NCBI RefSeq assembly: GCF_009914755.1 | Contig: NC_060938.1 | DNA from: the human T2T-CHM13v2.0 reference genome, Homo sapiens | Reading direction: 5' to 3' (one strand) | DNA length: 64,000 nucleotides | Notes under the pieces: generated by a model | What the model was told of the DNA's origin: nothing | Seen by the model: the letters and a program-made list of their open reading frames with translations, nothing else | Database searches by the model: none | In this document: positions 11,336 to 25,902 of the stretch, one piece after another | How positions within the stretch are numbered: the first letter of the stretch is position 1 | How the letters are laid out: every line of letters begins with the position of its first letter | Translations under genes and position numbers: made by a program

Positions 11336-13640
11336 AGGTAGCTAAGCGCTTACTCCTCCCCTGAAGAATCAACTAGCTTTTAGAAGCTTACACTTTCCTA
11401 GGAAAAGAGAAGCCTTATCTTTAGTTCACAAGAAGCTTTTAGGATGCAAGATTTAAAGATGTGTCTCTATGTATTTAATGTCTATTTTATTTTCAATTAC
11501 ACTTTGCGGTGAATCTGAATACCTAACGTTATCTATAGATTGCATGATATCGCTGGGCACTTGAAAGTGAGTTTTTCTGAGTCTATTTGATTTGTGAGTA
11601 TTTTTTTTTCATCTGCTGGCAGAATGGTGCTCCCCACTCTCCACCCCAGGTTCTTCTTAAAAGGAAAACTTGGTAGTTTGTTCCCATCCGTGCACTGACT
11701 AATGCTCAGCAGGCACCGGGTGGTAATGACCTAGGGAAGGGGGTGTAGGCACAGGCTAGGATGTGGGCATCCTGGGTCTTCACAGCCTCTGCCAGGATGA
11801 GGGGCCTGGGATGCTGCTTTGTGTGCACAGAGGAAAGGTGTAGGAATGCCCGTGCTCGCTGGCATTTAATTTACCAGTTGCCTCTGTGCTGGGGCTTTGG
11901 CAGATTCTGCTGGAATCTGAAAGACAGGCTGTCATACCGAGGGCCTGCTGCCGACTCTGAAATTGAGAAACTTGGCAGATATGCAAACAGTAACTGGGTT
12001 TGAGTTGTTTTGATTACAAGTTAAACAGAGAGTCATTGGCAGGGCCAACGTATATCTGCCGAGGTTCTCACTCTCTCTCTCTCTTCTCCCCTTTCTTTCT
12101 CTTCTTTCATTTTCTTTCTTCCTCTTGGCCAAGTGTGTGAAAGTAGCTGGTAATTTCTGCAGAATCCAGTAACACCTTGGCTTTGCAGAGCTGGGATATT
12201 GTGAGAGAAGGAGAAAGGGTCAGTCTCTCTCCCTTTGGACTTACTTTATGTTGTGTTGGAAATGAGGCTGGCCATATAAAATTTAGCCCTGAATTCCAAG
12301 CCTTCAACACATTCAAAATTTCCCCTCTGGGTGGTTTACAAGGACAGAGCCCCATTATTCTTTCTAAATTTTGCATTATTTAGAGATGTATGGAAAAACA
12401 TGCATGAAGAAAACATTTGAGAAAGCCTTTTAAAAATAAGTCATGCTTCCAATATTTGCCCAGAGAGAAATAGAAAGAGAGAAGATCTGCTTTCGCTGTG
12501 CTGTTTCTCTTTGGTTTGATCCAGGTTTGGGCCCTCAGCACGTGTCTACCTAGTCGCACCCTGCATGTTTGGGACAGTGAGCATTTACTCTTACCGGAGT
12601 AAAGTCAAGTCTTGCCTCCCTGGTGACCATGTGTAGGGGAAAAACGAAATAAAGAAAAGAAAAGTAAGAAATCTCAACTGGTATCACACAGGTGAATTAA
12701 AGGCAGCTGGCCTTTTAACCACATTTCCCCATTGTCAAAGGCCTCTTTCCATTTCAGCCAGGGGTTTGCACAATGCTCCATTCTGGACTGAGCTGCTCTT
12801 GCAATTTTAAGGTGAAATTTGTCAGTTTTGGAAAGAGGGCAAGGGCAACATCTAACTGTCACTGCCATTGTCTTAAGCTGGCTGGCTGGAGGCAGATTTC
12901 CAAGAGGCTGTTTCACGTGGCAAAAAACACATTCGATTTATAGAAATGAGACTCTTTTCTTTCCCCCACAAGTAGAAAGCTGAAACTCTGAACACCCTGA
13001 CAGAGTTCTTGGAAAGAGCCCAAATATATCAAATCAGACTTAAAAAAAAATCCACCAATTTGACCACAAAAATACTTTATTGAAAAATGTAAAAAAAAAA
13101 AAAAAAAAAGGCCAGGAAAACACACCACCTCACTGGGCTCAATAATGTGTCCCTAAAGAAACTGAGTTCTGAAAGGGCCTCATTTGGACAAAGTTAATTA
13201 CTGCACAATAATTGCATTTTAAATTCAGTTTCTTTCTAGAAGCAGTGAATTTTAAAGCTCATGATTAGGGAAAAAAGTAAGTTCCTCTACCTACAACTTG
13301 TTAATTGCCTTTGTCAAAAACTGATGTCCCAAGACTTCCTCTCCCCTTGAAGAAATAGAACTTCTGAGTTGGTGGCAACACAGTCTCTGCAGACAGGGCT
13401 GAGTTTGCAGCTTCTGCTCTGAAGAGCTCAGCACTGCACATGCCCACCAGGCCAGGTGGACTCCCAGCATCATGCTAGAGCCCCGTTCATGTGCCGCATG
13501 GACTGGGGGCAGAAAGGCAAAGGACAATCACTTTAGTTGAGCATCTCCTCTTAGTCACTCTTTTCTACATGAACTCTGGTTTCATTCTCCTCGGAACTCT
13601 GTGCATTGATACTCCCGTGTTCGTGGGTTTTATAAAACTA

Positions 13641-14198
13641 TTTTTATTGTGGTAAAACATGTAGCATACAATTTGCCATCTTAACCATTTTTAAGTGTAC
13701 AACTTGGTGTTATTAAGTAAATTTATAATGTTGTGTAACTATCAACGGTACCTATCTCCAGAATTTTTCATCAGCGCAAACAGAAATTGTACATCTCATT
13801 AAGCAGTAACTCCCTAGTCTCCTTTCCTTGCAGCCTCTGGTGGCCTCTGGTCTCTCTGTCTCTGTGAGTTTGCCTGTACTTCATGGTGAGTGGAATCACA
13901 CAGCTCTGTTCTTTGGGTCTGGCTTATTTTACTTAGCATAATGTTTTCGAGTTTCAACCACGTCACTGCCTATGTCAGAATTCCGCTTGTTCTCGTGGCT
14001 GAGTAATATTCCGTTGCGTGGTAGACCACATTTTACCTGTCCACCAGCTGATGGACACTTGAACTGTGCCTATCTTTTGGCTACTGTGCTGCTATGAACA
14101 CTGGTGTACAAGTGTCCGCTTGGGTCCCTGTTTTCAGCTCTTTAGGGTCTATTCAGAGGAGTGGAATTTCTGGGTCCTGTGTTTAACTTTTTGAGGAA
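13641..14198 (-). mobile_element. L1MB-type 3' end
   Basis: TTTTTATTGTGGTAAAA...CCATTTTTAAGTGTACA...GCTGATGGACACTTG...GTTTAACTTTTTGAGGAA, the typical antisense L1MB 3' UTR. Confidence 0.88.
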
Positions 14199-14602
14199 TG
14201 TGAGATTATATTTACAGAAAAGGGCACAGGGGCACAGAAAAGTTTAATAACTGGTCTATTCTGTATAAGTAGCCAGTTGCAGAACTAAGATGTTGAGCCA
14301 GAGTGTGAATTCAGTATCTGTTTTCCATCCTACTTGCTTCCCAAAGTTAAAACCTTCATTCCTGACCCTCGAGAGGACACTTGTCAGCTGTAAGGTGAAA
14401 AGCTGACCCTTGAACCTGCTGTCTTGTGACAGCTGCATCAATGGTCTACAAATTCCCCTCCTCCATTTAGGCAAACTGTGGGGCCTCCTTGAACCTCCAG
14501 TTATCTGCAACAGGGGTAAGAGGATGTCCTGCTGATATGGTGGCATGTATATATTATATACAGACTGAGTGACACGCACTGAGTTTTAAATAAGTAGTAT
14601 GC

Positions 14603-14984
<382 letters not shown>

Positions 14985-15044
14985 TTATTGTTGGTTAGGG
15001 GAGTGGAAGGGGCGTATGAATACTGGTGAACTAAAATGACTGGG

Positions 15045-15353
15045 GACTGGGCGCGGTGGCTCACGCCTGTAATCCCAACACTTTGGGAGGTCAAAGTGGC
15101 ATATCCCCTGAGGTCAGGAGTTCAAGACCAGCCTGACCAACATGGCGAAACCCTGTCCCTACTAAAAACACAAAAATTAGCTGGGCGAGGTGGCGTGCGC
15201 CTGTAGTCCCAGCTACTCAGGAGTCTCAGGCAGGAGAATCTCTTGAACCAGAGAGGTGGAGGTTGCAGTGAGCCGAGACCCTGCTACTCCATTCCGGCCT
15301 GGGCAACAAGAGCAAAACTCAGTCTCAAAAAAGTAAAAATAAATAAAAATAAA
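15045..15353 (+). mobile_element. Alu (AluSq-like)
   Basis: Alu dimer; GGGCAACAAGAGCAAAACTC; TSD AAATGACTGGGG / AAATGATTGGGG. Confidence 0.96.
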
Positions 15354-15396
15354 TGATTGGGGATTTCCAATCCTCACTGCTGACTCCTTTTTCTAA

Positions 15397-15712
<316 letters not shown>

Positions 15713-18700
15713 TGAAACTCTTCTCTCTAATGAGCACAAATCCCAGAGGCTCCTGAAAACATCCACTGTTCCACTCTTGTCTGTTTTCTGTGTGTGGAGC
15801 TGAAGAGATCTTTAGAATCGTGGGTGGGTGTATATGAACAACTAGAGAGCATGCACTTTATAACAAATGTCCTGAGTGCTTAAAAGTTATTCTGTACTGA
15901 TTGAACATGGAAAGCATCCAGGGAGATTAATTTTATGGGCTCTTTTTATGGGGGTAACAGATCAAAAGCCCGCCTTTGGATTGGTTTCATCAGTTTTCAT
16001 TGGCATCTTTGTCTTAATCACTCACTGATTTAAGGTAGAAATTTAATTTAATTTAAAACTTTTTTTACTCTAATCTCTTATGAAATTAATCTGCTCTTTC
16101 AGTTTGGGAGTTCGTACAATTGCTATTTTTATCATTTTAAAATCTGTTAGCCAAAGTAAAATGTTTTTAACTTTCCATTTCACACACCCAAAATCGGTAT
16201 CAGAAAACAAGTACCGAAATTGTATTTGTTTGGAAACCAACTCATTCTTTTCAGAAAGTAACATTAAACACAGCCAATTTTCACACGAGGTGATTATTAA
16301 AACTTAAGAATCGTTTGAAGTTGGCATTCCCCTGGGATGCTGAGGACTTTTCCATTTTTTGAGACTAAAAGCCTCTGTTAAAGGTAAACTTCCTTTAATT
16401 AGTGAAAGCATCTTTGTTACGTAACAAATTCAAATCTTTCTTTTTTAAGGCTTGTAATTTTTTTTCCCAGTCCATTTTTATTATTATTTTTTTCCCCAGT
16501 CCATTTTCTCTGTGCCTCTTGCCCAAACCAAAATGAATTTCCAACTTTCTTCCAACTTATCCCTGATTGCTTAGGGCTTTCTCAGTTTTAATACTGAAAG
16601 TCTGAAGCCCAGGAACCCCCTGAACAAAAAAAGTGGGACAGCGGCTTTTCTACTCCTTGACCCTTCTTTCAAATCCTTAAACATACAAATAATTGCTCCA
16701 AGATTCATTAGTAAGCAGGCCTTACTAATATACCAATGGACTGGTTAAGCTGTCTATGAGTGAAAAACATTAGTTCAACCGTGCAGTCACAGTTTGTCAT
16801 TATGGCTCTGATACATTAATAACAGTGAGGACTTCATGTTGTTGATTTGACAGAAGGGTTGTGTTTGGCTGTAGTTGTGTACTTTTCTTTGGGTATGTTC
16901 ACAATGTGCATAATAAAGAAAATGCATTGTAATACGCTTGTACCATAGTGTATGTTTGTGTGTCAGGTGCAATTCCTGCATTAGGAAAACACATTGCTAA
17001 ATGCCTGAGCAAGACACTGGGTGGAAATGAACCCATGTGCAGTTGGCAATTCCATTCTAAGTCTCAACATCCTGGCTGTTTCACACTTTTTCTTAAATAC
17101 TCCAAAGAGGCTAGTCTATATTATGGACTAATGGCCTGCAAAGTTGCTTTTTGCAAAATGAAGCCCTTTAAAGCTTCATAAATTCATATATAGAGTCATT
17201 TGAAATATACCAATGTTTACATGTCTATCAATTTACTTGTTAGAGGCTTTGTGAAGACTATTTACAAAGAGTGTTAAATTTCTCCCCCTTTAAAAATGTT
17301 AAAACATTTTGATTTGAAAAAGTGGGTTCCTAATCATGAAAATTTTAAAAATCTTTGAACTATTCAGGCTCCCTCAATAAAGAAGTGCACTGGGAGAAAA
17401 AGACAGATACAAAGTGAGAAAGAATGATTATTTCCTTAGTGGCAATAAAACTGCATGAATTAGGGGTATGTACATTCTGAGTGATTTATAACACTTGAAA
17501 TTTATTTAAAAAATGGTTTCATGTAAGAAAATAACAAAAGCTGGTTGTTATTCATAGAATGGATAAAAGAGCATGAATCTAAATTTGGTTCTGAACAGCT
17601 GTCTCTTAAAAGGATCTTATTATACCATTTATTTAAATTATTTTCTTAAATTTTTCTTTTAGACAGTGCACTTAATCCTGCAAAGTGGCAGTATATATTT
17701 GTTTCTATTTTAACTTCATCAGCATTCCCTTCCTTCACAGTTTCTCTGTTGGTGTAACTCTTGGTCTCAACTTATCAATAAGGCGTTTAATAACTACACT
17801 TATTTTTCACTTGCCTTATGTTATTAACTCTTTGTTACAAGTACAAAGACCATCGATTTAAGTGAGGTTTATTTTTCTGAGGCTAAAAATACCTTGTAAA
17901 TTGCATAAACTTAGCAATTATATATGTTTCCTCAAATGAAAAAAAAATCAGAATTTATTAGAAAACAGCCTAAATGGATGTCACCTTTGGTTTTAAAAGC
18001 ATTAAGATTGATTTTAATGCCTCTCCAGCTCCTTTAACACTTATGTACACATGTAGGATAAATAGTTAGAAAGCAATAGAGCACCTTGTTGTTATATTAA
18101 TAAAATACACTTACATCATCATGGTTAGAAGGAAAAGCAATACACCACATTTGGAATATAAGCTCATTTAGAGCAGAGCGCAATATAGTTTTATGAATTA
18201 AAAACCAAATCAAATAAATTCAATTAATTTCAAGCTACCAACTTAGATTCGAAAGCCAAATGTCACCAACAGCTGCAGAGAGAGCTCCTCTGATGGGCTA
18301 CATGTGGTTCACAATGACAGTCGACAGCATCCTCCGTATGGGTCTTTGAGCCCATGCGGTGACAGTCCTGAAGCTTATCTGAGTTTATACCTATTGCATG
18401 AGAACGGTAGCTCAGACTTGACCGTGGGTATATTACACGTACTCAGCAATCTCTAATTTCTCCTAAGGAGGCAGCCAGGCATATAACGAGGTGCTAGGGT
18501 TTGGAATTGCACAAGACCTGAGTAACCACAGGGCCTGAAGGACTCAACTTGTTTAGGACTCTCCTCATCTGTAAAACGGGACTGATTTTAGAGTGGGTCC
18601 AAGAGATGTATGTCCATGTGCATTACAAGAACATAGGTGGTTCCACATAAAATATGAAGGTTCACCATGTCGTAATTTGAAATCATGCCAATCAGAATAC

Positions 18701-19347
18701 AGATGAAGCAGAGGGTTTCAACTTTGTCCTGTCAAGAGAATTGTACATTGTATGGATGTCACAGCTACATTGCACTTCCTTCTTAGTCTGGACAAATGAC
18801 ATGCCTGCCACTTTTTTCAGGATTACGCATGTCGTGTGAGTTTTGAACTTGGTAAGTTCATCAGGAATGAGGACCTTCAGAGATATTGTTGGGAAAGTGG
18901 GAACTTCCAGTATTGTCAAGAATGCCTGTGAAATTGTTCGCAGGACACCTGGCACTCCTCAGGGTCACAGGCACCCAGCATCTCCATGGGTCACCTCAGT
19001 ATCACCCTTAGGAATCTGTGCTGAGGCTTCCTCATGAAAGACATGGGGTTTCTCTCCTCATCAGGCAAGCATAAAATTTGTTTTCTTTCGAAGCACGAGA
19101 ACATTGCTGTTTATTTAAGGTATGAGTCTAGAAGCAGAGTGTGAAGTATTTCATGCTTTCTGTAGTAAACCAGAATGAATGATTATTTTCCATTTCCTTA
19201 TAGTTTTTTAAATAACTAATTAGAAAAATTAAAAAGTTTAAATATGAGCATTTTCCAAAGTCTAGTTTCTATTAATAACTTCTTTTTAAACTGAATAAAT
19301 GGTTTGTCATGCCTTGCACAGAAATTGTACAAATTAAATCAAATTTA

Positions 19348-19765
<418 letters not shown>

Positions 19766-21725
19766 TTAGAGATCTGAGGTACATTTTCCAGAATTGAATT
19801 TCACAATATAACTTTCATCACCACGTATACCAGGACCTGAAAATAATATTGAAATTTCTTGTCTAAAACTTGTGAGGGAGGTATATGTACTGATTCTATC
19901 TAGAATTCTGGGCTGAAACATAACAACGCTGAAATTTTCAGGGTTAATTATGTTGGAAGCCTAAGGCTGGGTTGGAGCAGGCGAGGGCTTTTAAAACAAA
20001 AATAGAGGAAACAAAATTGTAGATACATCTTTGAGGGGATATGTTTTTGTGTCAGTGATGCATGTTTGGAAAGAGAGAGGGAAAAAAGAGAGAGAGACAG
20101 AGAGGGAGAGGCAATGCTACAGACCTCAAGAATCAAATTCTTTTTAAATTTGCACGCTACAAATATTCTTCATTATAAAAAATGTTTCCGGGCTGTGCCT
20201 GATGCCAATGTGCATTTCTTCTTGTTATTATAATCCTTGTCTTCACCTGTGATATGTTAGATTATCTTGGAATGTTAATGCTTGGAATACCATAGGAAAA
20301 ATACTTGGAAAGTACTTATAAAGTAAATAAGCTTTCATTAAATATAATTGTCAAGCATTAATCATTATAATGCTACTCCCTATGGGAATAAGGGTGGATA
20401 TTCAATTTGTTTTGATTACGCATGAGTTTTAACAGAAGCCTGGTTTGCTGTATTCCTCACAACAAGTCTGCTTGCGTCTGAGTCCAGGAGCCGGTAAAGA
20501 GAGAGCCTTCTGTTTGGGTTGTGAATGAAAATCAGTCAGTTTTTATTGTGTGCAGGGAAGTGATAAATATTTTGGAAAACAGGAAGAGTATTTCTATACC
20601 ACACCTCCATCAGATCTAGAGAGAGCTCCGTCTCTGTCATCCACACTGCCTCATGTACAGGTGCTAATATTTTTATGCTAAGCAGTGAGATTGGGAACTT
20701 TTCATCAGAATCTGAAAGAGGTACAAACATGCTGCCAGTTGTCACTGACAGCTAGAATCTTTTTTTGGGAACTCCTACTACCTGAATTTCCCAGGTAATT
20801 TTTAGGTGAAAATGGCAATCAATTCTAGACAAATTCAGATCACCCCTGTGAATGGCACCTTGAGTCTTCTTTTATAAACCCACTGTTTCGTCTCCCCCTT
20901 ACCCAAGAATGTTTTCTAATAAACATTCCATGCTAAAAAAAAAAATATCTGAAGCCTACTGATGATGGAAATGAGGGTAGAGTTCAAAGTGTAGCAGTGG
21001 GGCAAGGAAAAGGGAACTAGCATTTACTCAGCACCTACCATGTGTCTTCATGCACCAGAAGATGAGAGGTTAAGGGTCTTACCTTCAAAGTTACGTAGTT
21101 GGTAAGTGGATTGCTAGAGTGGCACCCCAACTGTTTTCACTTCAAATCAATGCTCTTTCCTCTAAAGCATTTGTTTTCCTTTACAATGAAGGTTTGTTTT
21201 TATAACAATTGAGGCAAATTCAGTGTTTCACTAGGGAAAGGAAATGATGAAGAATAATGTGAAATTGGTTAAACAACAGAAACTTATCAGACATACAGGG
21301 GATAGATCTCCAGCTTCCCCGACAGGGCTCCCTTGCACTCTCCTGCCTTCATTTTGTCGAAGTCGACCTCACCCGCAGGTCAGGAAGGCACCTGCTTAGT
21401 GATGAGCCCTGTGCTAGGTTCTGGAAAGGAGCAGGGGACACAGAGATGAATGAGAGCTCCCCTTTTCCTCAAGAAGTCCACACTCTCTCATTAGGAGAGA
21501 TGGATATGCCATTCATTTATGTTTTAAGCATATACTGAATACCAAATACTGTGGCTCCATAGGACTGGGCACAGTCCCTATGTTGAAAGGCAAGTGAAAA
21601 AAACATTTGGGTCAGTAGAATATGACAATCAGTTATAACCCAAGCCTTGAGAGTGGGAAAGATGAGAGTTATGGGGGATCCACCCAGACATCTTGGAAGG
21701 TGGGGTGGGATAAAGAATATGTCCT

Positions 21726-22014
21726 GGCCGAGCACAGTGTCTCACACCTATGGTCTCAGGACTTTGGGAGGCTGAGGTAGGCGAATCTCTTAAGACCAGA
21801 AGTTTGAGACCAACCTGGGCAACACGGCGAAACCCCATCTCTACTAAAAATACAAAAATCAGCTGGGTGTGGTGGTGCATGCCTGTAATCCCAGCTACTC
21901 GGGTGGCTGAGGCAAGAGAATAACTTGAAACAGGGAGGTGGAGGTAGCAGTGAGCTGAGATCACGACATTGCACTCCAGCCTGGGTGTCAGAGCGAGACT
22001 CTGTCTTAAAAAAA
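21726..22014 (+). mobile_element. Alu (diverged, AluSz/J-like)
   Basis: Alu dimer with short A tail. Confidence 0.95.
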
Positions 22015-22320
22015 TAAGGAAATACTTCCTGGAAGAAGTGCTTAGGAATTGACCTGATAAGATAAGGAGAACCATAATGGCAGGGAGGAGAGAGGTGATT
22101 TGGAGTGGTTTGGGAACCCGCCCACAGTTCCAAAAGGCTGAAGGTAGATATTATGAGGTTTGAGAGACACCCAACATGCCATCACAGCCCCTGCTGGGGA
22201 ATTTTGGATTTTATTGTATAGTTTCTGGGGCTGCAGTGAAGCAATTTGGTCTGGACAGGGGCATGGTCGGTGGGGCATCTGAGACCTGTTGTTCCATTGG
22301 GGGTTGGTAATGAGGAGTTG

Positions 22321-22974
<654 letters not shown>

Positions 22975-24265
22975 GAGGGTCAACCAGGGACCCCGGAGAA
23001 CAGGTAGGAGTGTTTTGCTGGAGTGGTCCTGATGTGGGATGATGGCGGCCCAGATGAGAGGGGTGGCAAATGAAACAAGCAGAAAGGAGAGATGTAGGCC
23101 ATGGAACAGACAGAAGAGGACATGGCCAGTGAGTGAATGTAGGTGATGAGGGAGGCAGGAAATCTGAGACGATGCAGGTTTGGGGAAGGGGTGATTTGGG
23201 TAGCACCATTCGCAGAAGGCAGAATCATGGGCTGATTGATCAGATAACTGATCAAAGGCAAGAAGCAGGAGAATAAAGTCCTGTAGGAGACAAGAGGGAG
23301 GATTCAGACGTATGTTACTTCTAGTCCCTGATTCTTTTCAAGGGTAGTCTCTGGACCTTCTCATCCATTCCCAGCTCCTAGTACGTGGGCAGTGAGATGG
23401 GAGAGGTGGGTCACTGCCCCACTGCCCACCATGCTTTTGTAATGCTCCCTGCTCACCCGTTCTGTGCTTTAGCCTCTACACCTCCACGTGAAATGTGGAC
23501 AATGAACTGAAAGGACACCCCAGGCCCCTTTCCTAGAGCTGAGCAAAATCTGCTGTGGTCCCCATGTGTTTATGTGCTGATCACCTGGGTTGACAGTGGA
23601 ATCTCACCTCCTTATTTCCCACTTGGGAATTGTCTTCCTCTACAATTCTTTCCTATTTCAACAATACAAATAAACTCAGAGCAAAGTCTGTGGCTGTATT
23701 TCTTTTGTGTCTGCAGCAGGCCCAATCCTTGTTAATTAATTGCAGAACTGAGCTGATTGCCAGACTTTATCTGGCATTCTTACGAACACTGGTTCATTTT
23801 AGTGACACTTTTTTTTTTTTTTTTAGGCTTAATCAGAATGGTTTTAAACTTGGCTTCCCCGTTCTTAAGGAACTCTTTATTGTTTCCTCCTTGGAATTCC
23901 TGGAGCACTTTGAAAGTTCTCTGTAGCATCCCTTATCTTGTTTTCTGATAAATGGGTGTTTTTCATCTTTCTCTTTTTGAGGACAGATACTACACTTTTA
24001 TTTATCTTCAGCTCTTGGTAGAGCAAGAAGACTTTGAAAAGTATTTAATTGAACATAACAGAACCAACCAAATGAAGCCATATTGTCATGCTTGCCCAGT
24101 AGAATTCCAGCTGACACCCTTCTTTGATTGTTGGTTAATTCACTGACACTAAACATATGCTGGGCCCCAGCCAGGCAAGGAGAAACAAAATTGATTATCA
24201 TATAGTCCCATCCCTGCCTTCAGCAAGCTTCCAGTCTAGAAGCCCATGAAAACTCTCACTTGAGG

Positions 24266-24692
24266 TGTATATCAGTCAGCTCAGGCTGCTGTAACAAAAT
24301 ACCACCAGGTAGCTTAAACAACAGGTAGTTATTTTTTTACAGTTCTGGAGGCTAGCAGTATGAGATCAAGATGCCAGCAAATTATATTTCTGGTGAGGCC
24401 TCTCTTATTGGCATGTAGACTGACACCTTTCTGCTGTGTTACCGGGTCCTTCCTCTATGTGGTTCTGGAGGGAGAAAGAGAGAGAGAGAGAGCGAGAGAG
24501 AGTGAGCAGGCTTTCTGCTGTCTCTTTCTTTTCTTGGAAGACCACCAGTCCTATCAGATTAAGGTCTCACATTTATGACCTTCCTTAGCCTTTATTACTT
24601 TCTTATTGGCTTTATCTCCAAATACAATCACACCGGGGGCCAGAGCTTCAACATATTAATTTTGGAAGTAGGACAAAATTCAGTCACTAACA
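24266..24692 (-). mobile_element. MLT1A0-like MaLR solo LTR
   Basis: CAGGCTGCTGTAACAAAATACCA...CAGTTCTGGAGGCTAG...CAAAATTCAGTCACTAACA. Confidence 0.8.
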
Positions 24693-25696
24693 ATGTGTTT
24701 CTCATTCTTCTTCTTGACAACCCTTAGAAGTGGGTGCTTTTACTGTCTTCTTTTTTGAGATTTGGAAGTTTAAGTTGAGTCCCAGAGCTATTGGGAGGCA
24801 GAGCTGAGCTTCCAACTGCAAGGCCGAGACTCATAATTCCTCCTTCCTGCTGAATGCTGCGGGCCCCTGAGTCAATGGGCCATAGCCAAAAGTTTGCAAC
24901 ATCTCTCCTCTACTACTATGTATTTTGTTTAATCAAATGTAATGAGGTTTGTGGAAGCAGTAAACTGAAGTTATTTTCAAGTAGGAACTGTATTTAGCAC
25001 TGTTAATTGAATCAGTCTAGTTAGTTAGAATAGAACAGTGGCTGTTTGCCCCATAATAAGGAAATTGAGCTTCTCATAAAACAGCTAATTCATGTCCTGT
25101 TACACTGTAGAGCATACCACAGGCTGAGGACCCAGAGTCCCCCACAGTCCAGCCTCAGCTCTGCCTGGACTGCAGTGTGGCTTTGTGCAAAGTCATGGCA
25201 TCCTCGGTGTCTTCAGGCCTGATTGGCATGAAGAGGGAGCAAGGGAAACTTGGCTGTCCAGTGGAGCTGGGTGTACATGATCCATTGAATCCTCTCTGGG
25301 CCATTCTAATGGTGGGCTATTGTTCAGATTTTACAAATGGAGAAACCAAGTCTCAGAGGGACTAAGTAACAAGATGAGTGAGATTGTGGACATAGAAGCA
25401 TGTGGAAGACTCTCTGTATCTCATGTTTTACCTGTCCTCATGTTTTACCTGTCTGACAACTGCATCCCAATGTCACCCTTTAGGGGACATCGATAGAATA
25501 AAAATAGCTGCAAACATTTGTCTACCTCTACTGAGATAGAGAGTCTAATTCCCCATCCTTGAATTTGGCTGGCCTTAGGGACTTACTTGACCTTGAGAAT
25601 GCAGTGGAAGTGATGTTCTGGGGCCATGAGAAGACTTGTCTCTTCTGCCCTGGACTCTTAGAAACCAGGTGCCATGCTGCATTTTTTTGAGGTGAG

Positions 25697-25902
25697 AAAC
25701 GCTATGTCCTCAGATGGCAGAAGGGCAAAAAGGGGTAAATTGTCTCTGTCAGGTTTCTTTCTAAGAGCAACTAATCCTACTCATTATGGTGGAGCCCTTG
25801 TGACTCAATCACCTCCCAATGGCCATACTTCCCAATATTGTTGCATTGGAGATTAAGTTGCAGCATGAATTTGGCAGGGGACACCATCATTACAACCTCA
25901 GC
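25697..25902 (-). mobile_element. MSTD/MLT1A-like MaLR LTR fragment
   Basis: TGTCCTCAGATGGCAGAAGG...AATCACCTCCC...CATGAATTTGG...CAGCA. Confidence 0.65.
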
